DNA of 52,809 nucleotides, from NCBI RefSeq assembly GCF_001194135.2, contig NC_068992.1:2685260-2738068 (forward strand). The letters run 5' to 3'. A program made the position numbers and the translations under genes. This stretch comes from Octopus bimaculoides. Taxonomy: Eukaryota. Under the pieces are notes generated by a model. It was not told the DNA's origin. It saw only the letters and a program-made list of their open reading frames with translations, and did no database searches. The first letter of the stretch is position 1. Each line of letters begins with the position of its first letter. Below, one piece after another: positions 1 to 12,420 of this stretch.

Positions 1-34
<34 letters not shown>

Positions 35-3000
35 TAATATATATATATATACATATGTTTTGTGTATGTGTTTGTAAGTTGGATTTCTGTACAGTTTGCA
101 GCCACAAAATTTCACTGAAGCAATAATGCCATTAACTCACCCAAAGTGCCATCCAATGGGACAGCGCTTGTAACATTGTAACACCCTGCATCATACAGTT
201 ATTTCCCCCCCAACACAAAGATAAAATGCAAATTTAACAGCAGTGGCTTTTGAACACAGAAATCCAAACTGACAGACACAAACTGTATGCTACAGAAGTA
301 TCTACTTCAAATCTGTGCTGTTTATACAACTCTATCGCTGCTTACTATAGAAATATTGAAGTGTTTTTGAAGTGACACTAAATTTTGCTTTACAGCAGCA
401 GCACAATAGCACAATACAGATGCTGTTTTGAAGTGTGTGTGTGCATGTTCTAACCAAATACTGCACTGTTCCACCTCACTACACCAAACACTACATTATA
501 CCATATTGCATAAAAAGCTTACTCTACTGTAAATTTGATATCTTATGTAGTTTTCACTTTTTCTGATTAACGCCATGGATACATGCATAGCTCATCCTTT
601 CACATTGATAAATTTATTCATATATATTGTACTTAAATATTCTGATATCACAACACATGCATGAATAGCGATAGAGCTCTTGACATATTTCCTCAATGTC
701 GGCCTACTATGATGTAAGAACATTTCAGAAACACAGTAGTGTAAAAGACAAAATTATCTATTTATTGTTTTCATTTCTTTCCAAATTATTCTATCAATAA
801 AACAGAATATTTTGAATGCTGAAATGTTTTCTTTACTACAATAGCATTCAGCATTCAGATCGATGCAAGAAAATTTCTGTGAATATAACAAAAATGAAGC
901 TATTTGGTTAGTTGCAGAATTCTTTGGCTATAACTAACTATTGTCATTCAATATTTTCAACAAGGAAGTAAGAAAGAATTCTTAACAGAAGACTTTTGTT
1001 TCGTTCATTGAGGATTCTTGTTAAGTTTACTTTCTCTAAAATACTTAAGACAAGAATTGCTTACAACTGTTGTCTTGCATACAATGTCTGGAAATATCAG
1101 AACATAAAACAATTTTATTCAGGACCTCTTTTCCATATTTTATCTTCATATGAAAACCTCGTTCCACAAAATCAAGATAAAGAAAGCTCTTAGTTTAAAA
1201 ACAGAGAAGCCTTTAAAAGTTCTTAAGATGGAATCTTAATCACACCACCAGCTAAAAAGCCAATCTTTCCTGAAGAATAGCCATTTCCTTTTATATCTCC
1301 ATTTTCTATTTTAGTTTGCCTTGAATTGATTTTTCAAATTTTTCTCTCATTCAGGTTTCTGCTGAATTTCTGCCAATATTTTATTTCCTTTCATCAATGT
1401 AGACTAATAATATATACAAAATATCTAAGCCTCACAACAATCAACAGTTTGTATTCACGGTTTTAGTTCTGGTGCTTTTGAAAGCAATAGGTTTACTGGG
1501 AAAGGTTTGGTTTATTTCAAATCCTGTTTAGGTTTACTTCTTATATTATTCACCAAACAAAAAAGACAAAAGCTATTTCTGAATTATTTATTCCATATGC
1601 AAATGAAATAACATTAAGTGCTGGACTATTTTTAGTCATCATTATCCATCAGTAGATCAGCTTTATCGACTTGAAGAGCAGCGAAATGGGAACAGTTGCT
1701 GTGATAGTTTACCAATGTACTTTGACTGAAATTTGAAAGAAATAAATTTGCCCATTTGGTTTACTTCTAAGTTTTCTTTGTGACAAGTTAAAAGGAATCA
1801 TTATTATGAAAACAAATGGTGACAGACAAATATAGTAAAAATCTAAAAATAAAACCCAGGAATATTGACTTTAAACTTTGGTGATGTAATTTTTGCATCT
1901 CTGATCCAAACTTTAGTCCCCAGTTGGGATTAATTTCTGTTGGGTCACTAATATCTTTGTAAAGACAATAAACATTAAATTCTTGTTCCTGTTTTTCTTA
2001 TTTCTTTAAAATATATTTAATCTTTTATTTTTATCACTTTGTCATCACCACATCATTTATTAATAGAGTGGTACTTCAGTTTAATATTACAATTAGGGTA
2101 TTATTGCTTGCTACAATTAGGATACAACTGTTTACTACATTTAGGGTACCGTCGCTAACTAGCACTAAAGTACAGCTGTTTACTACGATTGGGGTACTAC
2201 TTCTGAAGTCTATGAAATCAGTACTCATTAGGTCCTGGAATGGCTCAAATTAACACACCCCATGGTTATTAGAAATTCTTAAAAATGATTATCATTATTG
2301 ATAGTAGAGGGAAATCTATTGGTTCATGATGAAATCCCCTGATTCGATTATTCATATTCTTCTACAGGTTTTAACTGTTGTTTCTGTGGTACTCTGTGTA
2401 CTTAAATAACAATTTGTGTAATTAATTAACAACTTTATACAGTATTTGTAGAATATAGTGGAATAAGTTCTGAAATTTAGTTTTCTGACTCCTGATTCCG
2501 AACTTGGATCTTTGATGGTTTTTTAAAATATTTTCGGTACCTAAAAGTTCACTTTCAAACAACCAGTGGCTTCAGCACCAAATAACTATTGAGACTAATA
2601 AACATCACTAAGGCAAAATGCATTGGTGGTGGTCACAATTTGGCTGGAAATTTATTCATATTGGAATTATTAATCAAATTTGATTCCGTGTTGGATTCTA
2701 CTTTAATATCTCACTAATCAGCAAAAGCAATGAAAATCACGTATTTCAATTTCTATTCTTTCAATAAATCTAAAATATGATCATGTTTATGGATGATCTC
2801 ATTACAGACATAATACTTATTTATGTACAAAAGTGTGGAATGAGACGAAAGTGATGAATTATTGACCATATATACTTAGAGAAAGGAATTGGAATCTTAC
2901 TATGTTGTACTTCTTGGCAACATCCATTATTTTTCTGGTTCTCTAACTTCTAAATAAAAGTAGTTCTATGTAAACTTGATGGTCATTATGGTCAGAGGTA

Positions 3001-3222
3001 GAGTGGTCATCCACCTTTGAAATTATTTGTATCAGCAACATGGACATTTGAAACCCTAATGCAAAAAACATTTTGCACAAAGTAATTTTTTGCTTCCTTC
3101 TTTGAGTCCTAACCTGCTGATGGCATCACAGAAGTGCCATTGTGACATAGCATACAGCTTGTCTCAAGCATTTTAAATCTGGTGAAGACCATTCCTATTC
3201 TATTCTGAAGATAACTGATTTC

Positions 3223-3264
<42 letters not shown>

Positions 3265-3274
3265 NNNNNNNNNN

Positions 3275-3311
<37 letters not shown>

Positions 3312-3567
3312 AGTATTGATTTGAGAATTTTACTGTTCAAATGTGAAAGGATGGAAGGCAGAGTTGACTTCATTGAGATTTGAACTCAGACTACAGAAGA
3401 CCAAAACTAAAAGCACACCTTTTACCTGATGCTCTATCAACTCTGTTAAATCAACACCTTACATGATATTTTAGAAAAATGGTAAAAAATGAATTTAAAG
3501 CAAGGTAAAAAAACAGTTTCATACCTTGAAAGTCTAAATATATTTGTATTCAGAGAAACACCCTCAA

Positions 3568-3943
3568 AGCAATTTCCTCTGAACAATTCTCTCAGAACAA
3601 TTCCCTCTGAGCAACTTCTTTGGAGCAATTCTCTCAGATCCCTCACTGCATTTCCCTCCAAGCAACTCCTTTGGAATAATTCCCTGCAGGCAACTCTCCC
3701 AGAACAATTCCCTCTGAGGAACTCCTTTGAGCAATTCTCTCAGATTCTCCACAACAATTCCCTCTAAGAAACTCCTTTGCAGTAATTCTTTCCAAGCAAC
3801 TCCTTTGGAGTAACTCTCTCAGAACAATTCCCTCTGAGCAACTTCTTTGGAACAATTCTCTCAGATCCCTCACAGCAACTCCCTCCAAGCAACTCCCTCA
3901 CAGCAATTCCATCTGAGTAACTTTCTCAGAGTAATTCTTTCTG
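3568..3943 (+). repeat. Minisatellite, 14-bp unit (A(G/A)CAA(C/T)TC(C/T)(C/T)TC(A/T)G-like) with higher-order structure
   Basis: About 25 units interrupted three times by a 9-bp AT(C/T)C(C/T)(T/C)CAC unit. The larger block restarts at 3596, 3703 and 3823. Confidence 0.9.
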
Positions 3944-5707
3944 TCTTTGTCACTGAAATTCTAAAACATTCCAATACTTTCTTTGACAAGATCCTTCGCC
4001 TCAATGGCATTTAAAAACCATTAAATACTTTTAGTACACTATTTCCATTTAAAAAAAAATATACCAGTGTTATTAGTTCTGATATAGTTTTGTTATCAGA
4101 AGATTTCAACAACTGGGTGCAAGGTTAACAGCTCCGATGCAAACCAAAACTGAATACCCATCACTAACATGTTATACTTTAAAATAAATAAATAAATAAA
4201 ACATATGTTAAATTGTGATAACCTGGGTGAAGCTTATACATGCAGCTATGAGATATCAATAGCTGAGTCTCATAACATCTCTTTTGAAGGACACAATGAA
4301 TGGAAGACGAGTTTTTACCTTGCATTCATGTATTAACCTCGTCTGATCTCTAAGAATACGAAAAAGGAAGTCTTTTATTAATTTTGGAATTTTATTGAAT
4401 TCCACTCTGAATTAATTCTTATTCAAGCATTAAATAATTTCAGAAAAGAATTTTATTTAATACTTTTTAAAAAATTTTATATACATCTTTATTTGAATTA
4501 ATTTTTTAATTTCATTTAGTTTTTTTTTTTTTTTTTTTTTTTTTTTTGTTTTTCATATTTATTACCCGACTCTCCAATTCTTTTTTTGTCTTTAGAATCA
4601 TAGCAACAGCTATTAATAAAGTATATATATATGTGTGTGTGTATATATGTATATATATGTATGTGCATGCGCGTGCACGCGTGTTTGTGTGTGAGTATGT
4701 GTGTGTGTGTTCTTTCATCTGGGCTAAAATTAATGTATAATATACGTGTGTGCATGTATGCCTTTTTTCAAATGTGTGCTACAAAAAATTTGAAAGTAAA
4801 ACTGTTAAAACAAATATCAGCCAACATCCTTCGAACCGTTTAAAGAGAAAATGATCTTGACCTGTCAATAACTTGATATTTTATTTTCATGACCACTGGC
4901 CATAAATTCTTAGTTCCCCACTATTTTTTTTATTTTTTTAACTTGTCTACTCTTCCTCTGCACTGTTTCTCTGTCTTTAACTCTATCTTAGACAAAGGAA
5001 GTGAATGATTTGAAAATAATAATGAGAAAGGAAAAAAAATAATGGCTGTTGAAACTTGCTGGGAATTATTTTATTTGATTTTCTATTTTCTTTATTAAAT
5101 TCTTGAGAAAAATTTGTCACGAGTGTGTTTTTTTTCTCTTCCATTTTCCACCTCTCTCTTTTACTTCCTGTCTCTCTCTAACCCATATCTGCATGGTGTA
5201 TTGTAAATTATTAAAGATAGGTAAGTAATACACCCAGACATTAGTTGCTTCCATAATCAATTGACAGCAGTGTAAAGTAGAAACATTCTTAATTCCTTTC
5301 TGCTTTAGATTGAAATACATTTGCAGACAAAATGCTGAATAGTTCAACTACATCTGATTGTCTTTTAAGCTCATTAATAAATGTCCATTTGTTTTTGCAG
5401 TCATTTTTCCACGTTAGCATGGGTTAGATGAATATATTATTGAAGTATTTTTTCGGCTTAATGCATTTCCTGCCACTAACCCTTATTGTTTTTCTATGAA
5501 TGTATGAAGGCATGAAGCTAGCAGATGGTTTGTCGACAGGAGACTGGAAATAACTTTTATCTGTATCCCATGATTTTCAAAGAAGAGCAAATGTAAACAA
5601 ATAACATACATATGCATCAGCACATACATACACATATATATATATGTGTGTGTGTGTGCATGCATGAGTATGTGTACGTGTGTGTGTTCATGTGTGTGGA
5701 ATTATAC

Positions 5708-5918
5708 TTTTCTACACTAGGTACAAGGCCTGAAATTTTTGGGGAGGGGATCAGTCAATTACACTGACCCCAGTATGCAACTGGTACCTAATTTATCGAC
5801 CCTAAAAGGATGAAAGGCAAAGTCGACCTCGATAGAATTTGAACTCGGAACACAGTGGCAGACGAAATACCGCTAAGCATTTCGCCCGGCCCACTAACGT
5901 TTCTGCCAGCTTGCAGCC
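5708..5918 (-). mobile_element. SINE group A (tRNA-like head, Deu/Nin-like core CCTTTCATCC...GGTCGATAAATTAAGTACCAG)
   Basis: Near full length. About 14 related copies occur in this window. The similarity of the core to the Deu/Nin domain is from memory. Confidence 0.85.
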
Positions 5919-6132
5919 CCCAACCGAGAATTATGATTTTCATTAGCTTATTTCCTTCGCATTCATATATTATCAGTTTAGATCTTAATTATAGAAAAGA
6001 AAAATGAAACCATTATTCAATGCTAATTTTGTTTATTGTAAGATAGAAATTTAAATGTAATAAAATGTTTTAAAAGAAATTTAAAGTGCCTACGTGATAA
6101 CTGTAAACCTACTTTTGGGCCACCCTGTATAT

Positions 6133-6256
6133 ATGATGGGCTTCTTTCAATTTCCATCTACCAAATCCACTCACAAGGCTTTGGCCTGCCGAAGGCTATA
6201 GTTGAAGACACTTGCCATGTGAAGTCATGGGGTTGGAAAGCAAGCTTCTTACCATG
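6133..6256 (-). mobile_element. SINE group C, 5' part with deletion
   Basis: GGGCTTCTTTCAATTTCCATCTACCAAATCCACTCACAAGGCTTTGG...GCAAGCTTCTTACCA. Confidence 0.8.
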
Positions 6257-7329
6257 TTTATTGAGGTTTTTGACCTAACTTCTACTCAAGGGTGATCAAA
6301 ACCACAATTTGAATGGTGGAGAGCTATTGTCGATTAAACTGACACTAGTAGTCAGCTGGAACTTAATTCATAGCACTCTGATGAATGGATGCCAAAGTTG
6401 AATAGAATGAAAACCAACTAGGTCTCAAATCTCTGGCCGAAAGTAGATTTGATTTTAGTTGTATAAGCTCAAAGCTTAGCCAGGAACAAGAGCAAAAATA
6501 ATGGAAAGTTATATTGCTGGGCAATAGATCAAAACATGAATAGAAAAATAAGAAATGAAATGTACTGGACATGACAACTTGACCATGATCCTTAGGAACA
6601 TGCCTTTCAAGACTAAGAAGATCAAAGAGAACCATGAAGATAAAATAAGAACTGGAACCAAGAAATGTTTCTATTGGGATAAACATCTTGATCCATTCTG
6701 GACAAAACACTGCGAAGAAGGAAATGGTAGAATGATCAAAGTATGAGAATCTCAAAATTGAAGAAAAAGAGCAAGATGTACAACAAGAATGTGAAAATAA
6801 TTCTAATAAAAATTACAACACTGAGTGAGACAAGAAGAGAAGAATATGAACGAAAACATTGAAACCATTTCTAGTTCACACAATGTTACATATCAACCAA
6901 TAGATTAGTGTGTTGGATACACGCTTTATCTTGTGTAAGACACTTTCAGATCAATGATACAACTCAAATAAATCATTCTCTGCACTCAACGGATTCCTTA
7001 ACAATTGTCACCCAATAAAATAATACAATTCACACAACACATAACTCTATGAAACAATATAACCAGCAAACAATAAAATAATGGAACATATATCGTTCCA
7101 TAATTGATACCAGATACTATAACAACTCCCAGATCATGTGTTCTACATAGTTTCCACCTAATAACACAATCCACAGAGCTCACACACACCACATGTGCTA
7201 CATAATCACAACCTGACATTTCTACATGTATTTCCGATCATACGTGAAAAACAAACACGGCGACGGCCACTACCACCTACCAACAAGATAATACAACTCA
7301 CAGTGTGTGCATACTGAATGACTGAGCCA

Positions 7330-7605
7330 CATGTACATACACTGTATGACACCTACATACACACATACTTATGCTGTATAACAGATCCACACATACATAG
7401 TATGACAGAGCTACACAAATAATCATACTGTATGACACCCACATACACATGTACATACACAGCATGAAGGAGTCACACACACACACTCACACGTACACAC
7501 ACATACATACACAATGCAACAGAGCCGCACATGCATACACTGCATGACACCCACATACACATACACTGTATGACCAACCTACAAACATACACTGTAGGAC
7601 AGACA
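7330..7605 (+). repeat. Degenerate CA-rich minisatellite (ACATACACTGTATGAC-like units)
   Basis: Recurrent CATACACTGTATGACA, CATACTGTATGACACC and CATACACTGTAGGAC units. Confidence 0.7.
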
Positions 7606-7655
7606 ACATTCTTTCCAGCCTTGTTTTAGTAAATAAAGAGAATGTTTCTACAGAA

Positions 7656-7815
7656 AGGCACGTGGTTTAGTGGTTAGGGCATTTGGCTCATGATCATAAG
7701 GTCATAAGTTCAATTCCTGGTGATGTGTTGTGTCCTTGAGCAAGACACTTTTTTTCACATTGTTCTAGTCCCCTCAACTGGCAAAAATGAGTAGTACCTG
7801 TATTTTAAAGGGCCA
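7656..7815 (+). mobile_element. SINE group B, 3'-truncated
   Basis: Matches the first half of 50554-50876. Confidence 0.85.
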
Positions 7816-8232
7816 CAGAGCTGCACAATAAAAATAAGACAAGTGAATAATAATAATAATGACAACAAGAGCATTCAGAGAGTACAAATCTCTGCCAAGG
7901 CAACACTAACGTCCTTTCAATGATTAGCTGGAGATGATTTTTAAAATGAGAATATCTGAAATAAACTCGGCTGCTCTCACAAATGAGAATACTAAAAATG
8001 GACCCGACCGCTCTCAAGAATTAAGTAAAAGACGGGAAAATAATCCAGAATCCTTGTCCAGTACCAGATTGATCCCAAAATCTAATCAGTTTGTGCCAGT
8101 TACAGGCCAAACATTCCTGAAAGTTTCATTTGAATCCATCCTGTGGTTCTTGAGTTTTCTTAACAACAGACAAACAAACAAACATGACTGAAAACACTAC
8201 CTCTGCCTTCACTAAGGTGGAGATAATGATAA

Positions 8233-8408
8233 TTTGGGGTAAAGGGAATGGTCGATTACATCGACCCCAGAGCTCAAGTGGTACTTCTTAATTTATCGAC
8301 CCCTAAAGGATGAAAAGCAAAGTAGACCTCAGCAGAATTTGAACTTGGAATGTAGTGACAGACGAAATGTTGTTAAGCATTTTGCCTGGCATGCTAATGA
8401 TTCTGCCA

Positions 8409-8409
<1 letters not shown>
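8233..8409 (-). mobile_element. SINE group A
   Basis: ATTTATCGACCCCTAAAGGATGAAAAGCAAAGTAGACCTCAGCAGAATTTGAAC...TTCTGCCAG. Confidence 0.85.
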
Positions 8410-8450
<41 letters not shown>

Positions 8451-8527
8451 GATTATATAGGACTGAGGTAACTCCTCCAGAAGTTATACAGAAATAAAAA
8501 ATAGAAGAGTGCCATAGTTAATAATAA

Positions 8528-8741
8528 TTCTTTCTACTAAAGGTACAAGGCCTGAAATTTGTAGGGGGGAGACTAGTTGATTACTTCAACCCCAGCGTTT
8601 CACCGGTACTTAATTTATCAACCCCAAAAGGATGAAAGGTAAAGTTGACCTCGGCGGAATTTGAACTTAGATCATGCAGACGAACAAAATGCCACTAATC
8701 ATTTTTCCTGGTGTCTTAATGGTTCTGCCAGCTTGCTACCT
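8528..8741 (-). mobile_element. SINE group A
   Basis: Full head-to-tail match to 5708-5918. Confidence 0.85.
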
Positions 8742-8820
8742 TAATAATAATAATAATGATAATAATGATAATAATTCTTTCATAATGATATCTTCAAAGA
8801 GCTTTTAATATAGACAGCAT

Positions 8821-9010
8821 AGGCACAAGGCCAGCAATTTGAGAGAGATGTGGGGGAGTCAATTAAGCTGCTTGTAATGTTTGATTGTTACTTTGTTTTA
8901 TTGATTCCCCCACTTTTTGTACTCCAGGACGATGAAAGAGAATGTTGACCTCTGTGGGATTTGAAATTAAAATGTAAAGAGTTAGAACAAATACCGAAAG
9001 GTATTTTGTC
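8821..9010 (-). mobile_element. SINE group A, degenerate
   Basis: GGCACAAGGCCAGCAATT...GATGAAAGAGAATGTTGACCTCTGTGGGATTTGAA. Confidence 0.6.
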
Positions 9011-9042
9011 AAATTACTAAAAATAATAATAATTATAATAGC

Positions 9043-9076
<34 letters not shown>

Positions 9077-9432
9077 TGTGCTGAATATTGTAAAGTGTTT
9101 AAGGCAAGTTAAGTCATTGAGAGCTTAATGTGGCCGGTGAGAAGCATTTTCAATAATGAAGTCGAAAGTGGTGTGTAAATTAATGATTTAGCATTGGTAT
9201 CGATTTTTTACTATAATAAAAGATATTGATTTTATTAAAGCTAACATTTTGAAAATTGAAAAAAAATAAATAAAAGTATTTAATTAACCATATCGTGTGC
9301 CTCTATTGATTTGGAACCTTCTAACAATTTTTTTGTAACTAATTTCTTTCTCTTCTCCCCCCCCTTCTCTACTTTTTTTACTTATATTTCTATCTACTTC
9401 TCATTGTGTGTCTGTCTTTCTGTCTGTTTAAC

Positions 9433-9463
<31 letters not shown>

Positions 9464-10018
9464 AAACGTATATTTATATGTCTGTCTGTCCAACTCTCGT
9501 TCTCTCTCACATTATCTCTCTCTTTTTCTCACACATACACACATACACACACATATGCACAAGTATGTTTTCCTGTCATTCTTCCTTTCCCTATTTTTCT
9601 CCCTGATTCCCTCTCCTGCAACTTCTCTCTTATCTCTATCTTAGCTGTTAAAACATTCGTAAAGTTTAAAACCTTCAGCATACTCACTGACATTTCTACC
9701 TCATTAGAATCATATCAAGTACTCAAGTGCTGCAAAAGTTAGAATTAACTCAAGAACGCCATACAGTGACATGGTTCAAAGATGAATGTATCTAGCAGCA
9801 ATGCATTCTAGTACCATTTTCCAGCTTTCAAACTCATTGTGGCACTCAACTAGAGCACCTTTAGTTTCCAAGATGTTATCAATGTGCACCAGAGCCATGC
9901 AAAAGACATTTCATGCAGCCATTTGTTGTTGTTGGGTTCCAGTTTGTGGGTCTTTATGTCTCTATTTATATTTACAACGATAAAGCCTTCTACACTTGTG
10001 TTGTTTATTTCAACATAT

Positions 10019-10452
10019 AGGCACAGATGTGGCTGTGTGGTAAGAAACTTTCTTCCCAACCACATGGTTCTGGGTTCGGTCTCACTGCATGGCACCTTGA
10101 GGAAATGTCTTCTAGTATAGCCTCNNNNNNNNNNGGCACCTTGAGGAAATGTCTTCTAGTATAGCCTCAGGCCGACCAAATCCTTGTGAGTGGATTTGGT
10201 AGACGGAAACTGAAAGAAGCCCATCGTATCTATGTATATATATATGTTTGTGTCTGTGTTTGTCCCCCAGCATCGCTTGACAACCGATGTTGGTGTGTTT
10301 ATGTCCCTGTAACTTAGCAGTTTGGCAAAATAGTCTAATAGAATAAGTACTAGGCATACAAAGAACAAGTCCTTGGGGTTGGTTTGTTCGACTAAAGGCA
10401 GTGCTCCAGTATGGCTGCAGTCAAATGACTGAAACAAGTAACAGAATAAAAA
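10019..10452 (+). mobile_element. SINE group C (tRNA head, GGCACCTTG(G/A)GCAAGTGTCTTCT CORE-like motif, internal microsatellite)
   Basis: Near full length. It spans a 10-N gap with an artefactual 34-bp duplication. Confidence 0.85.
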
Positions 10453-10460
10453 ATATATAT

Positions 10461-10585
10461 AAGGCACATACATGACTGTGTGGTAAGAAGCTTGCTTCCC
10501 AACCACATGGTTCTGGGTTCAGTCCCACTTTGTGGCACCTTGGGCAGGTAGACGGAACCTGAAAGAAACCCATCATATATATATA
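10461..10585 (+). mobile_element. SINE group C, second head with internal deletion
   Basis: GTGTGGTAAGAAGCTTGCTTCCCAACCACATGGTTCTGGGTTCAGTCCCAC...GGCACCTTGGGCAG joined to GTAGACGGAA. Confidence 0.8.
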
Positions 10586-10846
10586 GGTTAATCGTTTTTT
10601 TTATTTAGCATTTTTTCATTTGTCTTGCTCTCTTACAGTCTGTTGTGTCGCTGAATTTTTACTGAGAACATATATTTTTTTTCGTGGTTAGATGATTCAG
10701 CATCTATTTCTATCATATAGGAGTCCCCTTTTGCTGGTCATTCCTCTTATTTTTGTATGTAATATAATTTTAATCTTCGGATTTTTTTAATATGCTAGAC
10801 CACTGGTTTTAATTGATTAATATCAATTTCTACCCTCATTAATAAG

Positions 10847-10922
<76 letters not shown>

Positions 10923-11260
10923 TAAAACTTCAAGGTAGTGCCCCAGCATGGCCACAGTCCAATGACCGAAACTAGTAAAAGATTAAAAAAAAATGAATGT
11001 AATGTCTTAGATCTATAATAGCTGCCAAGTGATCATAACGTATCCATTTCTGTATTTATGGAAGGAATTGCAATGAAGAGACGTATATATATGATTGAAT
11101 CATTATTTTTAGTTTCCTTCGGGATTGAAATTTAGAAGTAAAAAAAAAAAATGTCCGGTCTTGCAAATGATCCAAATGTTTCCCCTCACTTAAGCTAAAT
11201 GGAAAAATTGTCGTGAAATTGTTAAGAAAAACCAAAAAATAGTTATTTGTAAATAACAAA

Positions 11261-11294
11261 ATGCTAATACAACTTCTTTTTACTTTGCTTTTAG
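11261..11294 (+). CDS. Candidate first coding exon (signal-peptide-like MLIQLLFTLLL-G, phase-1 intron)
   Basis: CAAAATG start context, 11 mostly hydrophobic codons and a consensus donor AG|GTAAGT at 11294/11295. No downstream exon was identified. Confidence 0.25.
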
Positions 11295-11710
11295 GTAAGT
11301 GTCAAGAGGTGCTTCCATCTGATGTATTGGTAATGTAAAATATAATTTTTGTTCTTCTTTTCTCTTAGTTTATTTTATTCTTTTGACCCACCTGAACTTC
11401 TTCTTCATATCTACTTGAATTTAAACAAATGTACTTCAACTAAAATATCTTTTTTCTGTCTTCATTTAATTTGGCACAAGGTAAACTATATCAGAAGGAA
11501 ATAAATAGTAAGCGACGATTGAAATTCCTCCAGTATCTTTCAGAAACATATTTAATCAATTCCACCCCCCCCCCCAAAAAAAAAACAAGATTCTGCCAAA
11601 AAAACTATTCTAGTAACAGAAAAGTGTCAATACAGTTCTATATTTAAGAAACGAGGAATTATTTACATTATTTATATTTGACAGATATTTGTCCTCATCT
11701 TGTTTGTTGT

Positions 11711-11757
11711 TAACACTACGTTTTGGCTAATATACCCTCCAGCCTTCATCAGGTGTC
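11711..11757 (-). ncRNA. Degenerate hammerhead motif (copy A, left arm)
   Basis: Minus strand reads GACAC CTGATGA A GGCTGGAGGGTATATTAGCC AAAACGTA GTGTT. GAAA is changed to AAAA. Confidence 0.6.
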
Positions 11758-12041
11758 ATGGGGAAATTTTGAACCTGGGTTCTCATTCCTAAGGTATTTT
11801 TTGATGTTGTTATTATTATTCAGGTCACTGCCTGGAATCGAACTCGGAATCTTAGGGTTAGTAGCCTGCACACTTAACCACTATGCCATGGCATATGGTG
11901 TAGTGGTTAAGAGTGCAGGCTACTAACCCCAACATTCTGTGTTCGATTCCAAGCAGTGACCTGAAAAATAATATTAATAATAATAATAATAACATCAAAA
12001 AATACCTGACGAATGAGAACCCAGGTTAGAAATTTCCCCAA

Positions 12042-12088
12042 GACACCTGATAAAAGCTGGAGGATATATCAGCAGAAATGTTGTGTTA
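12042..12088 (+). ncRNA. Degenerate hammerhead motif (copy A, right arm)
   Basis: GACAC CTGATAA AAGCTGGAGGATATATCAGCA GAAATGTT GTGTT. The core has G8 to A and ACGT is changed to ATGT. Confidence 0.55.
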
Positions 12089-12420
12089 ACAACAAACAAG
12101 ATGAGGACAAATATCCGTCGAATGTAAATAATGTAAATAATGTAAATAAAGAAAAATGTCAAGTCTCAGATTCTAGTTATTCAGCTTTCTTGCTATTATC
12201 CTAGAAGACCAGTTACACCTTTGACATATTTGAATCTTTTGTTCCTGTTATAGAAAGTAAATCTAAAAACTTCAAAACAAACAGCCCCAACAAATACATG
12301 TGAAAAATTCACACCTCATTCTGCACCCCCAGAAGGAGGACAGCGAGGCCCCTGTTGGTGCAGCAGAAACTTGCATAAAACAAAAGTATCATAATAATAA
12401 TGATAATAATAATAATAATA

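Larger units (their letters stand above)
11633..12149. mobile_element. Palindromic twin element, copy A: two head-to-head arms, each a tRNA-like head + (AAT)n + hammerhead-like motif
   Basis: 11633-11888 is the near reverse complement of 11890-12149. Right arm: A box TGGTGTAGTGG 11896-11906, B box GTTCGATTCC 11941-11950. Left arm (minus strand): A box 11878-11888, B box 11834-11843. The same sequence recurs at 45169-45810 and 52189-52343. Confidence 0.9.

Noticed and set aside
6400-6900. Lys-rich ORF 6555-6746 and flanks, possibly a decayed retroelement ORF
   Set aside because: No diagnostic motif recognised in any frame.
9780-9900. Minus-strand peptide VHIDNILETKGALVECH...KMVLECI, reminiscent of a Gypsy RT YIDDIL region
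   Set aside because: One degenerate motif with no supporting neighbours. It needs a profile search (RVT_1) to decide.
10091-10168. Exact 34-bp direct repeat around a 10-N gap, and the 40-bp repeat at 45571-45660
   Set aside because: Identical sequence on both sides of a fixed-size gap indicates unmerged contig overlap, an assembly artefact.
11890-11963. tRNA-like sequence with a CT-ACT-AA anticodon loop (also the mirror arm and copy B)
   Set aside because: No convincing acceptor stem, and it is embedded in a multicopy palindromic element. Treated as a SINE-type head, not a tRNA gene.
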